From Alphaproteobacteria bacterium (GTDB lineage Bacteria; Pseudomonadota; Alphaproteobacteria; UBA7887), in assembly GCA_965216755.1 (NCBI GenBank), contig CBDCGL010000011.1, positions 1,152,001 to 1,216,000 on the forward strand: 64,000 nt of DNA. The letters run 5' to 3'. The stretch's first letter is position 1; every line of letters begins with the position of its first letter. Of the stretch, positions 48,101 to 59,414 are shown piece after piece. The notes under the pieces are model-generated. The model was not told the origin of the DNA and searched no databases. It saw only the letters and a program-made list of their open reading frames with translations. A program made the translations under genes and the position numbers.

Positions 48101-49114
48101 ATGTCCCAACTGTCTCACCCAAATTTCGCGTTCCTCCAAAGCGAGGGTTTGATCTCCCTTGATGATGAGATCTTTGCCACCCCCCTCTCGGGCGGCGTGT
48201 CGTCTGAGATCTGGCATGTCCGCGGCAGCGAACGGCCCTATTGTGTAAAGCAGGCAAAGGCCAAGCTCGATGTTGCCGCAGACTGGTTTGCCCCTGTTGA
48301 ACGAAACGCGGCGGAGGCAGCCTGGCTGCGTGCGGTTGCAGGAATCTCGCGCGATGCGGTGCCCCAAGTCATCGCGGAAGATCAAACCAGCAACACGTTG
48401 GTGATGAGCTTTCTCGACCCCGCGGATTATCCGGTTTGGAAAGCGCAATTGGCCAGCGGCCATGTCAATCCTGCAACGGCGTTTCAGGTTGGGGCAACGC
48501 TCGGTACGATCCATGCTGGAACCGCGGACAGTCCGTCATTGGCGGCGGAGTTCGCCAACGACGACATGTTCATTTCGTTGCGCCTGTCGCCTTATTTCGA
48601 AGAATCCGGGCGCCGCAATTCAGATGTCGCGACGATACTTCATTACCTGTGCCAGCAAACATTGGCGACAAAACGGGTGCTTCTCCACGGCGACGTCAGT
48701 CCGAAAAACATCTTGGTGGGGCCACGCGGGCCAGTTTTTATCGACGCCGAATGCGCGTGTTTTGGGGATCCCGCGTTCGATGTCGCGTTTTGTCTCGCGC
48801 ATATGTTGCTGAAATGCGTGTTGCGGCGCGATTGTACTGATGCGCTCGACGCGTCCTACGGAGCGTTGCGGGAGGGATATTTTGGCGGTGTCTGTTGGGA
48901 GCCGCCGTCAGATCTCGAGTCCCGCGCGGCCCGGTTGGTCGCGGCCTTGTTGCTTGCGCGCGTCGACGGAAAATCGCCCGTCGAATATGTCAACACAGAC
49001 ACGCAGAAAGCGACCATACGCAGATTTGCCAAGCAGTGCTTGATCGCACCCAACTTAAGCCTCGGCGACATTCGTGCCGCTTGGCGGACAACAATTCGTA
49101 CAATGGATCAATGA
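48101..49114 (+). CDS. APH/methylthioribose-kinase-like phosphotransferase
   Basis: LSGGVSSEIW, CVKQA..KL.V..DW.AP..RN, LLHGDVSPKNIL, IDAECA.FGDPAFD. Confidence 0.88.
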   Translation: MSQLSHPNFAFLQSEGLISLDDEIFATPLSGGVSSEIWHVRGSERPYCVKQAKAKLDVAADWFAPVERNAAEAAWLRAVAGISRDAVPQVIAEDQTSNTLVMSFLDPADYPVWKAQLASGHVNPATAFQVGATLGTIHAGTADSPSLAAEFANDDMFISLRLSPYFEESGRRNSDVATILHYLCQQTLATKRVLLHGDVSPKNILVGPRGPVFIDAECACFGDPAFDVAFCLAHMLLKCVLRRDCTDALDASYGALREGYFGGVCWEPPSDLESRAARLVAALLLARVDGKSPVEYVNTDTQKATIRRFAKQCLIAPNLSLGDIRAAWRTTIRTMDQ

Positions 49115-50484
49115 TGACTGGATCGGAAATCACAAAGGTCGCCGGCCGGCAAGTCTGGGACTCGCGTGGCCGCCCAACGATTGAGGCAGAAGTTCAGCTT
49201 AAAGATGGTTCCGTCGGACGCGCAATCGCACCCGCGGGTGCTTCGCGCGGGCGCCATGAGGCCGTCGACTTGCGCGACGGTGGTCCCGCGTTTGACGGCC
49301 TTGGGGTGCAAACCGCGCTCGGTCGCCTGGACGAGATTATCACCCCCACTCTTGTCGGAATGGACGCGTTGGACCAAGAGGCGATCGATGGTCTGCTCAA
49401 CCAGCTCGACGGCACGCACAACAAGGCGCATCTGGGCGGCAACACAACGATCGCCGTTTCCATGGCCGCACTGCACGCCGGGGCAAGATCATCTGGGCGA
49501 CCGCTGTATGAGCACTTGCACGGTGCTGTGCCAAATCAAATGCCAATGCCGGAGATTCAAATCCTCGGCGGCGGTGCGCATGCGGGCCGACGGGTAGATA
49601 TTCAGGACTTCATGATCGTTTGCCCGGGCGCCAAGACATTTGGCGATGCTCTGTCAATGACGGCCGCGGTCTATGCCAAAGCTGGCGCCCTATTGGAAAG
49701 CCGGGGCCAACGCTATGGCGTTGCCGATGAAGGCGGTTATTGGCCGGCATTTGATCGCAACGAGCATGCGCTAGCATTTGTAACCGAGGCCATCGAAGCC
49801 GCAGGCTTCGTGCCCGGTAAGGATGTCGGGATGGCCTTGGACATTGCCGCATTGGAATTCTACGACGATGGTCACTATCATTTGGCGCTTGATGGCGAGG
49901 CCTTCAGTACCGATGCGTTTATTGGCAAGGTCATCAACTGGATCGAGAGATTTCCGATTCTGTCCGTCGAGGATCCGGTTGCCGAGGACGACCACGACGG
50001 CATGCGCCAATTCACGGCGGCGGTCGGTGACAAGGTACGAATCGTCGCTGATGACTATGTGGTCACCAATGCTCAGCGCATTGCGGCCGCCGCAAGTGCC
50101 GGAGCCTGCAATGCGGCGCTGATCAAGCCAAATCAGGCTGGCACGGTTACCGAGACCTATGCCGCCGTCTGCACCGCCCAACAAGCAGGTTGGGGCACCG
50201 TCGTTTCGGCCCGATCCGGGGAGACGGAGGACACCACCATCGTTCATTTGGCCGTCGGCTGGGGCGCGGATCAGCTGAAGGTTGGCTCGTTCAGTCGCTC
50301 AGAGAGGATGGCCAAATGGAACGAAGGGATTAGGATAGAGGAAGAGTTGCGCGCAACCCATAATACCTGGCCCCTCCTGGCGGCGGTTTCTTGGGGAGGA
50401 GAAGTAAGATGCGCATCGTCTTCCACTATGCCGCGAGCCGTGGTCTCCGCAAGCGACTTGCCGGGCTTGAAGAAAGCGGTCTGA
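49111..50484 (+). CDS. eno: Divergent enolase (phosphopyruvate hydratase-like) paralog
   Basis: VWDSRGRPT, AGAS.G..EA, GVADEGG, ALDIAA, VEDP, LIKPNQ, SARSGETED, RSERMAKWN; ATGA overlap with the kinase. Confidence 0.85.
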   Translation: MMTGSEITKVAGRQVWDSRGRPTIEAEVQLKDGSVGRAIAPAGASRGRHEAVDLRDGGPAFDGLGVQTALGRLDEIITPTLVGMDALDQEAIDGLLNQLDGTHNKAHLGGNTTIAVSMAALHAGARSSGRPLYEHLHGAVPNQMPMPEIQILGGGAHAGRRVDIQDFMIVCPGAKTFGDALSMTAAVYAKAGALLESRGQRYGVADEGGYWPAFDRNEHALAFVTEAIEAAGFVPGKDVGMALDIAALEFYDDGHYHLALDGEAFSTDAFIGKVINWIERFPILSVEDPVAEDDHDGMRQFTAAVGDKVRIVADDYVVTNAQRIAAAASAGACNAALIKPNQAGTVTETYAAVCTAQQAGWGTVVSARSGETEDTTIVHLAVGWGADQLKVGSFSRSERMAKWNEGIRIEEELRATHNTWPLLAAVSWGGEVRCASSSTMPRAVVSASDLPGLKKAV

Positions 50485-51359
50485 AAGTCACAGTCGTTGA
50501 GCCGGATGACAATGCGGGACTGAAAGCACGGCTCGAAACTTGTGACGTGCTGTGGCACGTTTTGGAGCCCGTCACCGCGGACGACATTGCACACGCACCC
50601 CAACTACGCCTGATCCACAAAGTGGGCGTCGGACTCGACACGATCGATTTGGAAGCGGCCGCAACACGCAACATCGCCGTTTGCAACACACCTGGGGTCA
50701 ACAGCCGCGCCGTGGCCGAGCTTACCCTCGGCCTCATGCTTGCCACGCTCCGGCGCATTGTCACGTTTGACGGCGAAACGCGACGTGGTGACGGTTGGAC
50801 ATGGCCGGTTCAACGACAAGACGAACTTGGCGAGATTCACGGCCGTACAGTTGGCATCGTGGGTTACGGCGCCGTCGCCCGCTGCCTTGCGCCAACGCTC
50901 AAAGCCATGGGAGCACACGTCGTCTATACCGACGTGGCCGCAGTCGACGGTGTTGATGTTCCGTTCGTGGATCTGCCCGAACTTTTGAGGCGGGCCGACA
51001 TCGTGACCTTGCATGTGCCGCTCTTGCCCGCGACGCGCCATTTGATCGACACGCCGGCACTGGCGTTAATGAAACCCGGCGCCGTTCTTATCAACTGCGC
51101 GCGCGGCGGATTGGTCGATGAAGAGGCCTTGGTCGTGGCGCTTCAAAGCGGTCAGCTCTCGGCGGCCGGCCTGGACACGTTCTTGCAGGAGCCGGCCGAA
51201 ACAAGCAATCCGCTTTTCGCGTTGCCCAACGTGGTTGTCACACCCCACATTGCCTGGCTAACGCAGGAGACGCTCAACAGGACATTAGACATCTTGGTCG
51301 ACAATTGTCGCCGCCTCGAGGCCGGTGCGCCGCTGCTGCACCAAGTCGCACCGCGTTGA
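50409..51359 (+). CDS. D-2-hydroxyacid dehydrogenase family protein
   Basis: GVGLDTID, NTPGVNS.AVAE, GIVGYGAV, INCARGG, GLDTF..EP, TPHIA. Confidence 0.92.
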   Translation: MRIVFHYAASRGLRKRLAGLEESGLKVTVVEPDDNAGLKARLETCDVLWHVLEPVTADDIAHAPQLRLIHKVGVGLDTIDLEAAATRNIAVCNTPGVNSRAVAELTLGLMLATLRRIVTFDGETRRGDGWTWPVQRQDELGEIHGRTVGIVGYGAVARCLAPTLKAMGAHVVYTDVAAVDGVDVPFVDLPELLRRADIVTLHVPLLPATRHLIDTPALALMKPGAVLINCARGGLVDEEALVVALQSGQLSAAGLDTFLQEPAETSNPLFALPNVVVTPHIAWLTQETLNRTLDILVDNCRRLEAGAPLLHQVAPR

Positions 51360-51451
51360 TCTGGAAACGGTTCACCAGCACACCGTCCGGCAAAAGCTGT
51401 GTTTGCTTGTGGCCCGATCATGGCCCACTGCTTTGCGTTGCCGCGCCTCGT

Positions 51452-53116
51452 CTAACCCTCTTTTTCCGCGTCCACAAAAGGCGGCGGTGCGAAATAGGGC
51501 GGATAGGGTCCAATCGCGCCCATATCCACCTCAACGAGAGCGGGCCCGGATACATTTAGGCCAGCCTTAACGGCATCGCCAAGCTGGTCGGCACGCGATA
51601 CGCACTGGAACGGCATGCCGGCAACTTCGGCGAGCCGCGCGAAGTCCGGCCCGGCGACGTCGCCGTAAATATGGCGGCCGTCATACATCTTGGTTTGGAT
51701 GTGTTTGATCACCCCATAGCCATTGTCATTCATGACCAAAAACACGACATCGACATTCTCTTGCACCGCGGTCCACAGCTCGGCCAGGCTAAGAAAGAAT
51801 CCGCCGTCCCCGCACATGCACACGACCTTCCGGCCGGGCGCACCGAGGGCCGCGCCGATCCCCAACGGCAAGCCGGGGCCGATACCCGCACCGACCGGAT
51901 AAATGCTATCGCGCGGGTCATAGACCGGAAAGGTCCGATTTCCCCACGTGCTGTTGTTCAAGGTGATGTCACGAACCCACAAAGCATCGCGCGGCATTGC
52001 CGCCCGCAGATCGTCCGGAAACGACTGATACGGTCTGAGCCCGGCGTGATAGTTGCGGATGGCCTTGGCCTTCAAAGCCGCGATCTCCTCACCATATCCC
52101 TCTGCGATTGTGATTTGCCCATCGAGCCGGTTCAGCAAGGCCGCCAGCGTCGCGTGCGCCTCGCCACACACAAATAGATCGCTGGTGTAGGTGCGCCCAT
52201 TTGCGGCCGGATCGATATCGATTTGTATCCGTCGCGTCGGAAGACGTAACGTTTGGTCACGGGTTTCGTGACCACGCAGGCGTCCGCCGACAACCACCAT
52301 CAAATCGACACTGTCGTAGAATGCCTCGACCTCGGGCACATTGTTTAATCCACCCAGAGCAAGGGGATGGTCTTCGGGCAGCACGCCGCGGCCATTCCAG
52401 CTGGTCACGATCGGGATACCCAGTTTGGCCAAGGCGGCAGCCTCCACTTTGGCCCGGCGCGCTCCGGTGCCCAACCAAAACATTGGCCGCCGCGCGGCAC
52501 GGATCATGGATACGATGGCAGCCAGCTGATCGTCGCTGGGCTCCGCCGGCGCCGGAATCGGCAGCGCGAAATGATCGAGCTCGGCGGGTGCGGCGATGCG
52601 GGTTCGCTGAATATCAATGGGAATCTCGACGCTGACCGGCCCCATTGGCGGAGTCAGCGCCTCCGCCGCCGCGTGCATGAGCGTTCCTAATGCAGTCTCC
52701 GCCGCGCGCACGCGGTATGCCGCCTTTGATACCGCCGCCAACATGTCCAACTGGGCCGGCACATCGTGGACCGGTCCCTGCTTGCGATCGACATTCGGCG
52801 TCGCGGTTTGGCCGGTTATGTGCAGCAGGGGCGTGCCAGCGAAGCCTGCTTCGACAAGTGCGCCGGTCGCGTTGGCCGCGCCGGGACCGGTACTGGTGAC
52901 CAATGCGCCCAGGCGCCCACTCGCCCGCGCATAGGCATCGGCCATGTGACCCGCGCCCGCCTCGCCGCGCGCGGTGACAAAGCGAACGGCGTTTCTACGG
53001 CTGATGGCATCCAGGATTGGTATGTTATGAATGGAAATGACCCCAAACGCGGTATCAACACCGCATTGTTGTAAAAATGCGGCGACAACATCGCCAACAG
53101 CCATTTGTTCGGTCAT
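51452..53116 (-). CDS. Thiamine-pyrophosphate-dependent enzyme (acetolactate synthase-like)
   Basis: FGVISIHN, ARGEAGAGHMADAYAR, STGPGAAN, GDGGF...NDNGYG. Confidence 0.9.
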   Translation of the reverse strand: MTEQMAVGDVVAAFLQQCGVDTAFGVISIHNIPILDAISRRNAVRFVTARGEAGAGHMADAYARASGRLGALVTSTGPGAANATGALVEAGFAGTPLLHITGQTATPNVDRKQGPVHDVPAQLDMLAAVSKAAYRVRAAETALGTLMHAAAEALTPPMGPVSVEIPIDIQRTRIAAPAELDHFALPIPAPAEPSDDQLAAIVSMIRAARRPMFWLGTGARRAKVEAAALAKLGIPIVTSWNGRGVLPEDHPLALGGLNNVPEVEAFYDSVDLMVVVGGRLRGHETRDQTLRLPTRRIQIDIDPAANGRTYTSDLFVCGEAHATLAALLNRLDGQITIAEGYGEEIAALKAKAIRNYHAGLRPYQSFPDDLRAAMPRDALWVRDITLNNSTWGNRTFPVYDPRDSIYPVGAGIGPGLPLGIGAALGAPGRKVVCMCGDGGFFLSLAELWTAVQENVDVVFLVMNDNGYGVIKHIQTKMYDGRHIYGDVAGPDFARLAEVAGMPFQCVSRADQLGDAVKAGLNVSGPALVEVDMGAIGPYPPYFAPPPFVDAEKEG

Positions 53117-53216
53117 GGGCGTCTCTCTCGGTCCGATCGGTTGGGCGCAAGGCGGACAACCTTTCTAATGCACGCGCCCGAAGGTTGTCACGCGAGGGTC
53201 AAGCATGGGAGGTAGT

Positions 53217-54446
53217 ATGCGTTGTGAAGTAATCGCTATCGGCACCGAGCTCTTACTGGGCCAAATCGTCGACACCAACTCGTCCTGGATCGGTGGCCAG
53301 CTCGCACAGGCCGGAATCGATTCCTACTATCAAACAAAAGTTGGCGATAACCATGGCCGGATGGTTACGTGCCTGCGTTTGGCTTTGGAGCGCAGCGACG
53401 CCGTCATTACCTGCGGCGGCCTTGGTCCGACCCAAGACGACATCACACGCGAGGCCATCGCCGAGGTGATGGGCGTCAAATTGGTGCGCGATCACGAAAT
53501 GGGCGAGAAGATCCGGGCGTTATTCGCGTCACGCGGCCGTACGATGACCGAAAACAACCTGCGCCAGGCCGACCTGCCCGAAGGCGCCTACACGATCTCG
53601 GAAATGCCCGGCACCGCGCCGGGATTGGTCTGCCCCGTCGGTGACAAAGTGATCTATGCGGTGCCCGGCGTGCCGCACGAAATGCGGACCATGATGTTTG
53701 GCACGATCCTGCCCGATTTGCAGCGCCGCGCCGGCGTCACCGCGGTGATCAAGAGCCGGGTCGTCAAAACTTGGGGGCACACTGAATCAGGCCTAGCCGA
53801 ACTGCTGGCGGACCGCATTGATGAACTGGATCGTCTCGGAAATCCGACGCTCGCCTTTCAGGCCAGCGGCATCGAGGGACTGAAAGTGCGAATCACGGCC
53901 AAGGAGGCCGATGAGGCGACGATCAACAAGACCCTGGATGCCGAGGAACGGCTGGTCCGCGGCATACTCGGTGACATCGTGTTTGGCGTCGACGACCAGA
54001 CGATGGAGTCGGTCGTTCTGGACCAGTTGCGCGCACGTCGTCAGACCTTCGCCGTCGTGGAAACGCTGACCGGGGGTCTGATCGCACAACGCATGAGCGC
54101 CATCACCCACGCGCGCGACGTGTTTCGCGGCGCGCTGGTTTCGCCGGCCGGCGACGTGCGCCACCGTCTGCTCGGCGTCTCCAACGGGCCATTGGTCGCG
54201 CCGGAAACGGCGGCGGCCATGGCTGACGGGGTGCGCCGAGCGCTTGGGGCGGACGTGGGCATCGCCACCGTCGGGGTCGCCGACACTGACGAAGAAAATG
54301 GATTTCCGCGCGGCACCGTGTTTCTGGGATTGGCGTTGGACGACGCACCACGGGCCGAGCGTGTCAATTTGCCCGGCCGTGGTGACCGTTTGCGGGGCTA
54401 TGCGGTGATTAGCCTGCTGAACGCGTTGCGCAGAAAGCTTGCTTAG
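53217..54446 (+). CDS. cinA: CinA (MoCF/ADPR-pyrophosphatase-like N-domain + PncC-like C-domain)
   Basis: IGTELLLGQIVDTN, VGDN, GGLGPTQDDIT, GTAPG, PGVPHEM. Confidence 0.9.
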   Translation: MRCEVIAIGTELLLGQIVDTNSSWIGGQLAQAGIDSYYQTKVGDNHGRMVTCLRLALERSDAVITCGGLGPTQDDITREAIAEVMGVKLVRDHEMGEKIRALFASRGRTMTENNLRQADLPEGAYTISEMPGTAPGLVCPVGDKVIYAVPGVPHEMRTMMFGTILPDLQRRAGVTAVIKSRVVKTWGHTESGLAELLADRIDELDRLGNPTLAFQASGIEGLKVRITAKEADEATINKTLDAEERLVRGILGDIVFGVDDQTMESVVLDQLRARRQTFAVVETLTGGLIAQRMSAITHARDVFRGALVSPAGDVRHRLLGVSNGPLVAPETAAAMADGVRRALGADVGIATVGVADTDEENGFPRGTVFLGLALDDAPRAERVNLPGRGDRLRGYAVISLLNALRRKLA

Positions 54447-54458
54447 GCAGGCTTGAGC

Positions 54459-54971
54459 CTATCGGGGACCATAATTGATGTAGTCTGACCAGAATCGTTC
54501 CAAGGATCGCAGGCTGCTGATCATACGGTTCATGCCTTCACCGCCCAGCCCTTGACGACCCAAAGCGCCGACATTCTGTTCGAACATCGAATTGATGGCG
54601 GCGGTCAACTGCAAACCTTTTTCAGACAGACGAACGCGCGTCGTCCGCCGATCGTGGGTCGATCGTTCCTGCACCAGATAGCTGTTTTCGACCAGCTTCT
54701 TAACGTTGTAAGAGACGTTTGAACCCAGGTAGTAGCCGCGGTTGGTCAACTCACCAATGGTCAGCGTCTCGTTTTCGATATTGCTCAGCAAGACCGCTTG
54801 GACGTTGTTGATATCCTCGATTCCGAGCCGGTCCAGCTCGGATTTCACAACATCCAGAAAACGCCGATGCAGGCGTTCAATCAGTCGAATGACGTCTAAG
54901 TACACCTCGCGCGTCGCTGAGTCGTTGGTCTCAGCGGCAACAGGCGGGGTCTCGGTGAAGGCGTCAGCCAT
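54459..54971 (-). CDS. MarR-family regulator, LdtR-like
   Basis: IERLHRRFLDVVK.E.DR.G..DIN.VQA...RGYYLGSNVSYNVKKL. Confidence 0.85.
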   Translation of the reverse strand: MADAFTETPPVAAETNDSATREVYLDVIRLIERLHRRFLDVVKSELDRLGIEDINNVQAVLLSNIENETLTIGELTNRGYYLGSNVSYNVKKLVENSYLVQERSTHDRRTTRVRLSEKGLQLTAAINSMFEQNVGALGRQGLGGEGMNRMISSLRSLERFWSDYINYGPR

Positions 54972-55081
54972 CGCACTTTGCTCCTAACGAATCGATCGAG
55001 TCTCACGACGTGGGTAGATAGGACAGCGCGAAGGTTAAAATTCACTAAATTTCCTTAAATTTCCAACAAACGTTGCGCAAT

Positions 55082-55966
55082 TTATTGCCCTTCAATCAAT
55101 TTAATGATCGCGGAGTAGTCTAAACCCCCGTTTCCTGCCGCACTGAAGAGGCCATAAAGCGCGGCAACCTGCGCGCCAACCGGGGTCGGACAGCCGGTTG
55201 CCTGTGCCGCTTGCTGGGCCAATCGAAGATCTTTTAGCATCATATCGGTGGCAAAACCCGGTTTGAAGTCGCGATTCGCCGCCGAGGTTTCGACAATACC
55301 CGCAACAGGTAGGTGGTGAAGCATTGCCCAACAACTTCCGGATGAAGCGGAAGCGATTTCGAATAGGGTTTTCGGCTCCAGGCCTAGCCGGGCCCCAAGG
55401 GTGAATGATTCGGACAATGCGATCATTGAAATGCCCAGAATCATGTTATTGCAAATCTTGGCCGCCTGACCGTTACCACTGGGACCCGCGTGCACGATAT
55501 TCTTGCCCATCAAGTCAAGAATCGGGCGAGCCCGCGCGAACGCGTCGCCTTCGCCGCCGACCATGAACGTTAGTGTGCCGGCCTGTGCCCCTGCGACGCC
55601 GCCCGAAACCGGCGCGTCGAGCATTGCCAACCCGCGCTCGGCCGCGGCTCCGGCAACAGCGCGCGCGCTATCAACGTCGATTGTGGAACTGTCGACCAAT
55701 AGCGTGCCACTTTTGGTTGAATCGATTATTCCACCCGGATCCATATAAACCGCGCGCACATGTGTGCCGGCCGGCAGCATAGTGATCACAGCGTCAGCAT
55801 CTTCCACGCAATCCGCAATATCCTTCGCCGCCCGACCACCCGCGTCGCAAACGATCTCAACGGCATCTGTATCGAGGTCGAAGGCAGCTACCCTGTGCTC
55901 GCCCTTGATCAAGTTGCAGGCCATCGGCGCGCCCATGTTGCCGACGCCAACAAATCCGATTTTCAT
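55082..55966 (-). CDS. mmsB: 3-hydroxyisobutyrate dehydrogenase
   Basis: IGFVGVGNMGAPMA, DAPVSGG..GA.AGTLTFMVGG, AKICNNM; AGGAG RBS. Confidence 0.93.
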   Translation of the reverse strand: MKIGFVGVGNMGAPMACNLIKGEHRVAAFDLDTDAVEIVCDAGGRAAKDIADCVEDADAVITMLPAGTHVRAVYMDPGGIIDSTKSGTLLVDSSTIDVDSARAVAGAAAERGLAMLDAPVSGGVAGAQAGTLTFMVGGEGDAFARARPILDLMGKNIVHAGPSGNGQAAKICNNMILGISMIALSESFTLGARLGLEPKTLFEIASASSGSCWAMLHHLPVAGIVETSAANRDFKPGFATDMMLKDLRLAQQAAQATGCPTPVGAQVAALYGLFSAAGNGGLDYSAIIKLIEGQ

Positions 55967-55994
55967 ATTTGGTCTCCTTAGTAACCTCGGCCGC

Positions 55995-57074
55995 TTATCC
56001 CGGTTCGGAAGCGTCGGGTTCAAAACGCAGTTCGCCCCCTTCGAGTGGCGCAAAATAGGCGTCGATCATCGCATCCTCGACGCCATCCAACGTTGCCGGC
56101 TGCCATTTCGGCGCATTGTCTTTGTCAACCAGAATAGCGCGGACGCCCTCGTTGAAATCATGGGCCCGCGTCATGCGCTGGCTCAGCCGATACTCCATGA
56201 CCATGCAATCCTCGAATGACAAAGCAGCACCGGCGCGTATCAACCGAAACGACGCGCGCAGACTGCTCGGCGACCGCTCGCTCAGCGCATGACGCGTGGC
56301 GTCCGCCCAGGCGGTCCCATCGTTCTCAAGCGCGGTCAGGATTTCGACCACCGAGTTCTGTGCGAAACACCGGCCGATTGCGGTGTGTTGGTCTGCCAAC
56401 GGTGCCGGTCCAGGATCGGCGTCGAATTGAGCCAAATTTGCTTCCAGATCGCCTGGATCCAGCCCGTCACGCAACGTCGATTCCAACTGTGCGAGCCTTT
56501 CCGATGGCACGTAATGGGTCGCGACGCCCGCGTAAACGCAATCCGCCGCCTTTAGCCGCGCGCCTGTCAGCGCCAAATACATGCCAATTTCGCCCGGGCA
56601 CCTGGGCAAAAAATAACTGCCGCCAACGTCCGGAAAAAAGCCGATGCCGGTTTCCGGCATAGCAAATGTCGTGCGCTCGGTGGCAACACGGTAGCCGCCA
56701 TGAACGGATATACCAACCCCGCCACCCATTGTTATGCCATTCAAGAGGCAAGCATAGGGCGTCGTAAGGCGCTTGATCGCCGTATTGAGCCGATACTCGT
56801 CAAAAAAGAATTGACGGATCAGGCTGCCGTTCGACTTGTGAGACCTTGAAATCGCGCGAATATCGCCACCCGCGCAAAATGCCCGGTCGCCCGTCGCCTT
56901 GACAAGAACGGCATGAACATCGGATGCAGCTTCCCATTCATCCAATTTCTGATGAAATGCACGCACCATGTTGTGCGTAAGGGTATTGAGCGCCTTTGGT
57001 CGATTGAGCGTGATCCACCCGCAACCATCGGTTCGCTCGAACAGGATTTCATCGTCATCGGTGGTCGCGCTCAT
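55995..57074 (-). CDS. 3-hydroxyisobutyryl-CoA hydrolase (crotonase family)
   Basis: [53 protein letters not shown]. Confidence 0.9.
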   Translation of the reverse strand: MSATTDDDEILFERTDGCGWITLNRPKALNTLTHNMVRAFHQKLDEWEAASDVHAVLVKATGDRAFCAGGDIRAISRSHKSNGSLIRQFFFDEYRLNTAIKRLTTPYACLLNGITMGGGVGISVHGGYRVATERTTFAMPETGIGFFPDVGGSYFLPRCPGEIGMYLALTGARLKAADCVYAGVATHYVPSERLAQLESTLRDGLDPGDLEANLAQFDADPGPAPLADQHTAIGRCFAQNSVVEILTALENDGTAWADATRHALSERSPSSLRASFRLIRAGAALSFEDCMVMEYRLSQRMTRAHDFNEGVRAILVDKDNAPKWQPATLDGVEDAMIDAYFAPLEGGELRFEPDASEPG

Positions 57075-58213
57075 GCTTGCCCCAAAACTGAACGTGCGAT
57101 GATCAAGCGCATGATTTCGTTGGTTCCTTCTAGGATTTGGTGAACGCGAAGGTCGCGTAGGATTCGCTCGACGGGATACTCGCGAATATAGCCATAGCCA
57201 CCATGAAGCTGCAGCGCCTCATTGCAAATATCAAATCCAGCATCTGTGGCAAATCGCTTGGCCATGGCGCAGTGCGCGGTCGCATTTGGGCGTCGCTGGT
57301 CAAGATCGGAGGCGGCGCGACGGACCATGAGGCGTGCGGCCTCAAGCCCCGTGGCCATGTCCGCCAGCTTGAACTGTACCGACTGCAAGGCGGCCAGCAC
57401 GTGACCAAACTGCTGCCGCACGGCAACGTGCTCCGTGGCGGCTTCCAGACACGCGCGCGCACCGCCGATTGAGCAAGCGGCGATATTGATCCGCCCACCA
57501 TCCAATCCCCGCATGGCGATCTTGAAACCCTCGCCTTCGTCGCCGATGCGATTGGCAACCGGCACCCGACAGTTGTCAAATGACACCATCGCGGTCGGTT
57601 GTGAATGCCAACCGAGTTTTCGTTCTTTCTTGCCAAAACCCAGCCCGGTCGCGCCCGCCTCAACCACCAAGCACGAGATGCCGCGCGGACCAGCCTCGCC
57701 GGTGCGCACCATGCAGACATAGACATCGGACGTGCCACCACCCGAAACAAACGCCTTGCTGCCGTTCAGCACATAGCAATCGCCATCCCGGTCGGCACGC
57801 GTCTGCAGCGAAGCCGCGTCGGAGCCCGCGCCCGGTTCGGTCAGACAATAACTAGCCATCAGATCCATTGACGCCAATCCGGGAATCCAACGGGCCCGCT
57901 GAGCTTGGTCGCCAAACTGATCAATCATCCATGCCGCCATATTGTGGATCGAAATGTAGGCCGCCGTAGACGGGCAAGCGGCCGCCAGTTCCTCGAAGAT
58001 GATGGTCGCATCCAAACGACTCAGCCCCGAACCGCCATGGTCCGGATCGCAATAGAGCGCGGCGAACCCAAGCGCCGCCGCCGCCCGTAGTGTCTCGACG
58101 GGAAATATCTCTTGCTCGTCCCAGGTCGCCGCATGGGGCGCCATTTGTTCACGCGCAAAGGCCTGTGATGTATCACGAAAAGCCCGCTGCTCGTCCGTCA
58201 GCTCAAAATCCAT
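57071..58213 (-). CDS. Isobutyryl-CoA dehydrogenase (acyl-CoA dehydrogenase)
   Basis: [51 protein letters not shown]. Confidence 0.9.
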   Translation of the reverse strand: MDFELTDEQRAFRDTSQAFAREQMAPHAATWDEQEIFPVETLRAAAALGFAALYCDPDHGGSGLSRLDATIIFEELAAACPSTAAYISIHNMAAWMIDQFGDQAQRARWIPGLASMDLMASYCLTEPGAGSDAASLQTRADRDGDCYVLNGSKAFVSGGGTSDVYVCMVRTGEAGPRGISCLVVEAGATGLGFGKKERKLGWHSQPTAMVSFDNCRVPVANRIGDEGEGFKIAMRGLDGGRINIAACSIGGARACLEAATEHVAVRQQFGHVLAALQSVQFKLADMATGLEAARLMVRRAASDLDQRRPNATAHCAMAKRFATDAGFDICNEALQLHGGYGYIREYPVERILRDLRVHQILEGTNEIMRLIIARSVLGQA

Positions 58214-58361
58214 CGGCTTGACCAGTGTGAAGGTAAAGGGCGCCAGATGGTATCGGCTCGCCGGCCACTGTCAACGCGCCGAAATGTTGGCGCGGGCATT
58301 GTGATTGTCAGTCCATCCCGTTGTTTCGCGGCGCGCGCGCTCGTATGATCTCGCCAATTAA

Positions 58362-59396
<1,035 letters not shown>

Positions 59397-59414
59397 CCCA
59401 CGGAGCCCCCCCTC

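Noticed and set aside
50409-50484. Frameshift/pseudogene at the enolase 3' end (76-bp overlap with the next gene)
   Set aside because: All conserved enolase motifs end before the overlap; at most a short C-terminal extension, cannot be called without homologs
55082-58213. Valine-catabolism genes as a dedicated part of the CuMMO pathway
   Set aside because: This cluster is common core metabolism in alphaproteobacteria and is over 10 kb away; proximity alone is not evidence
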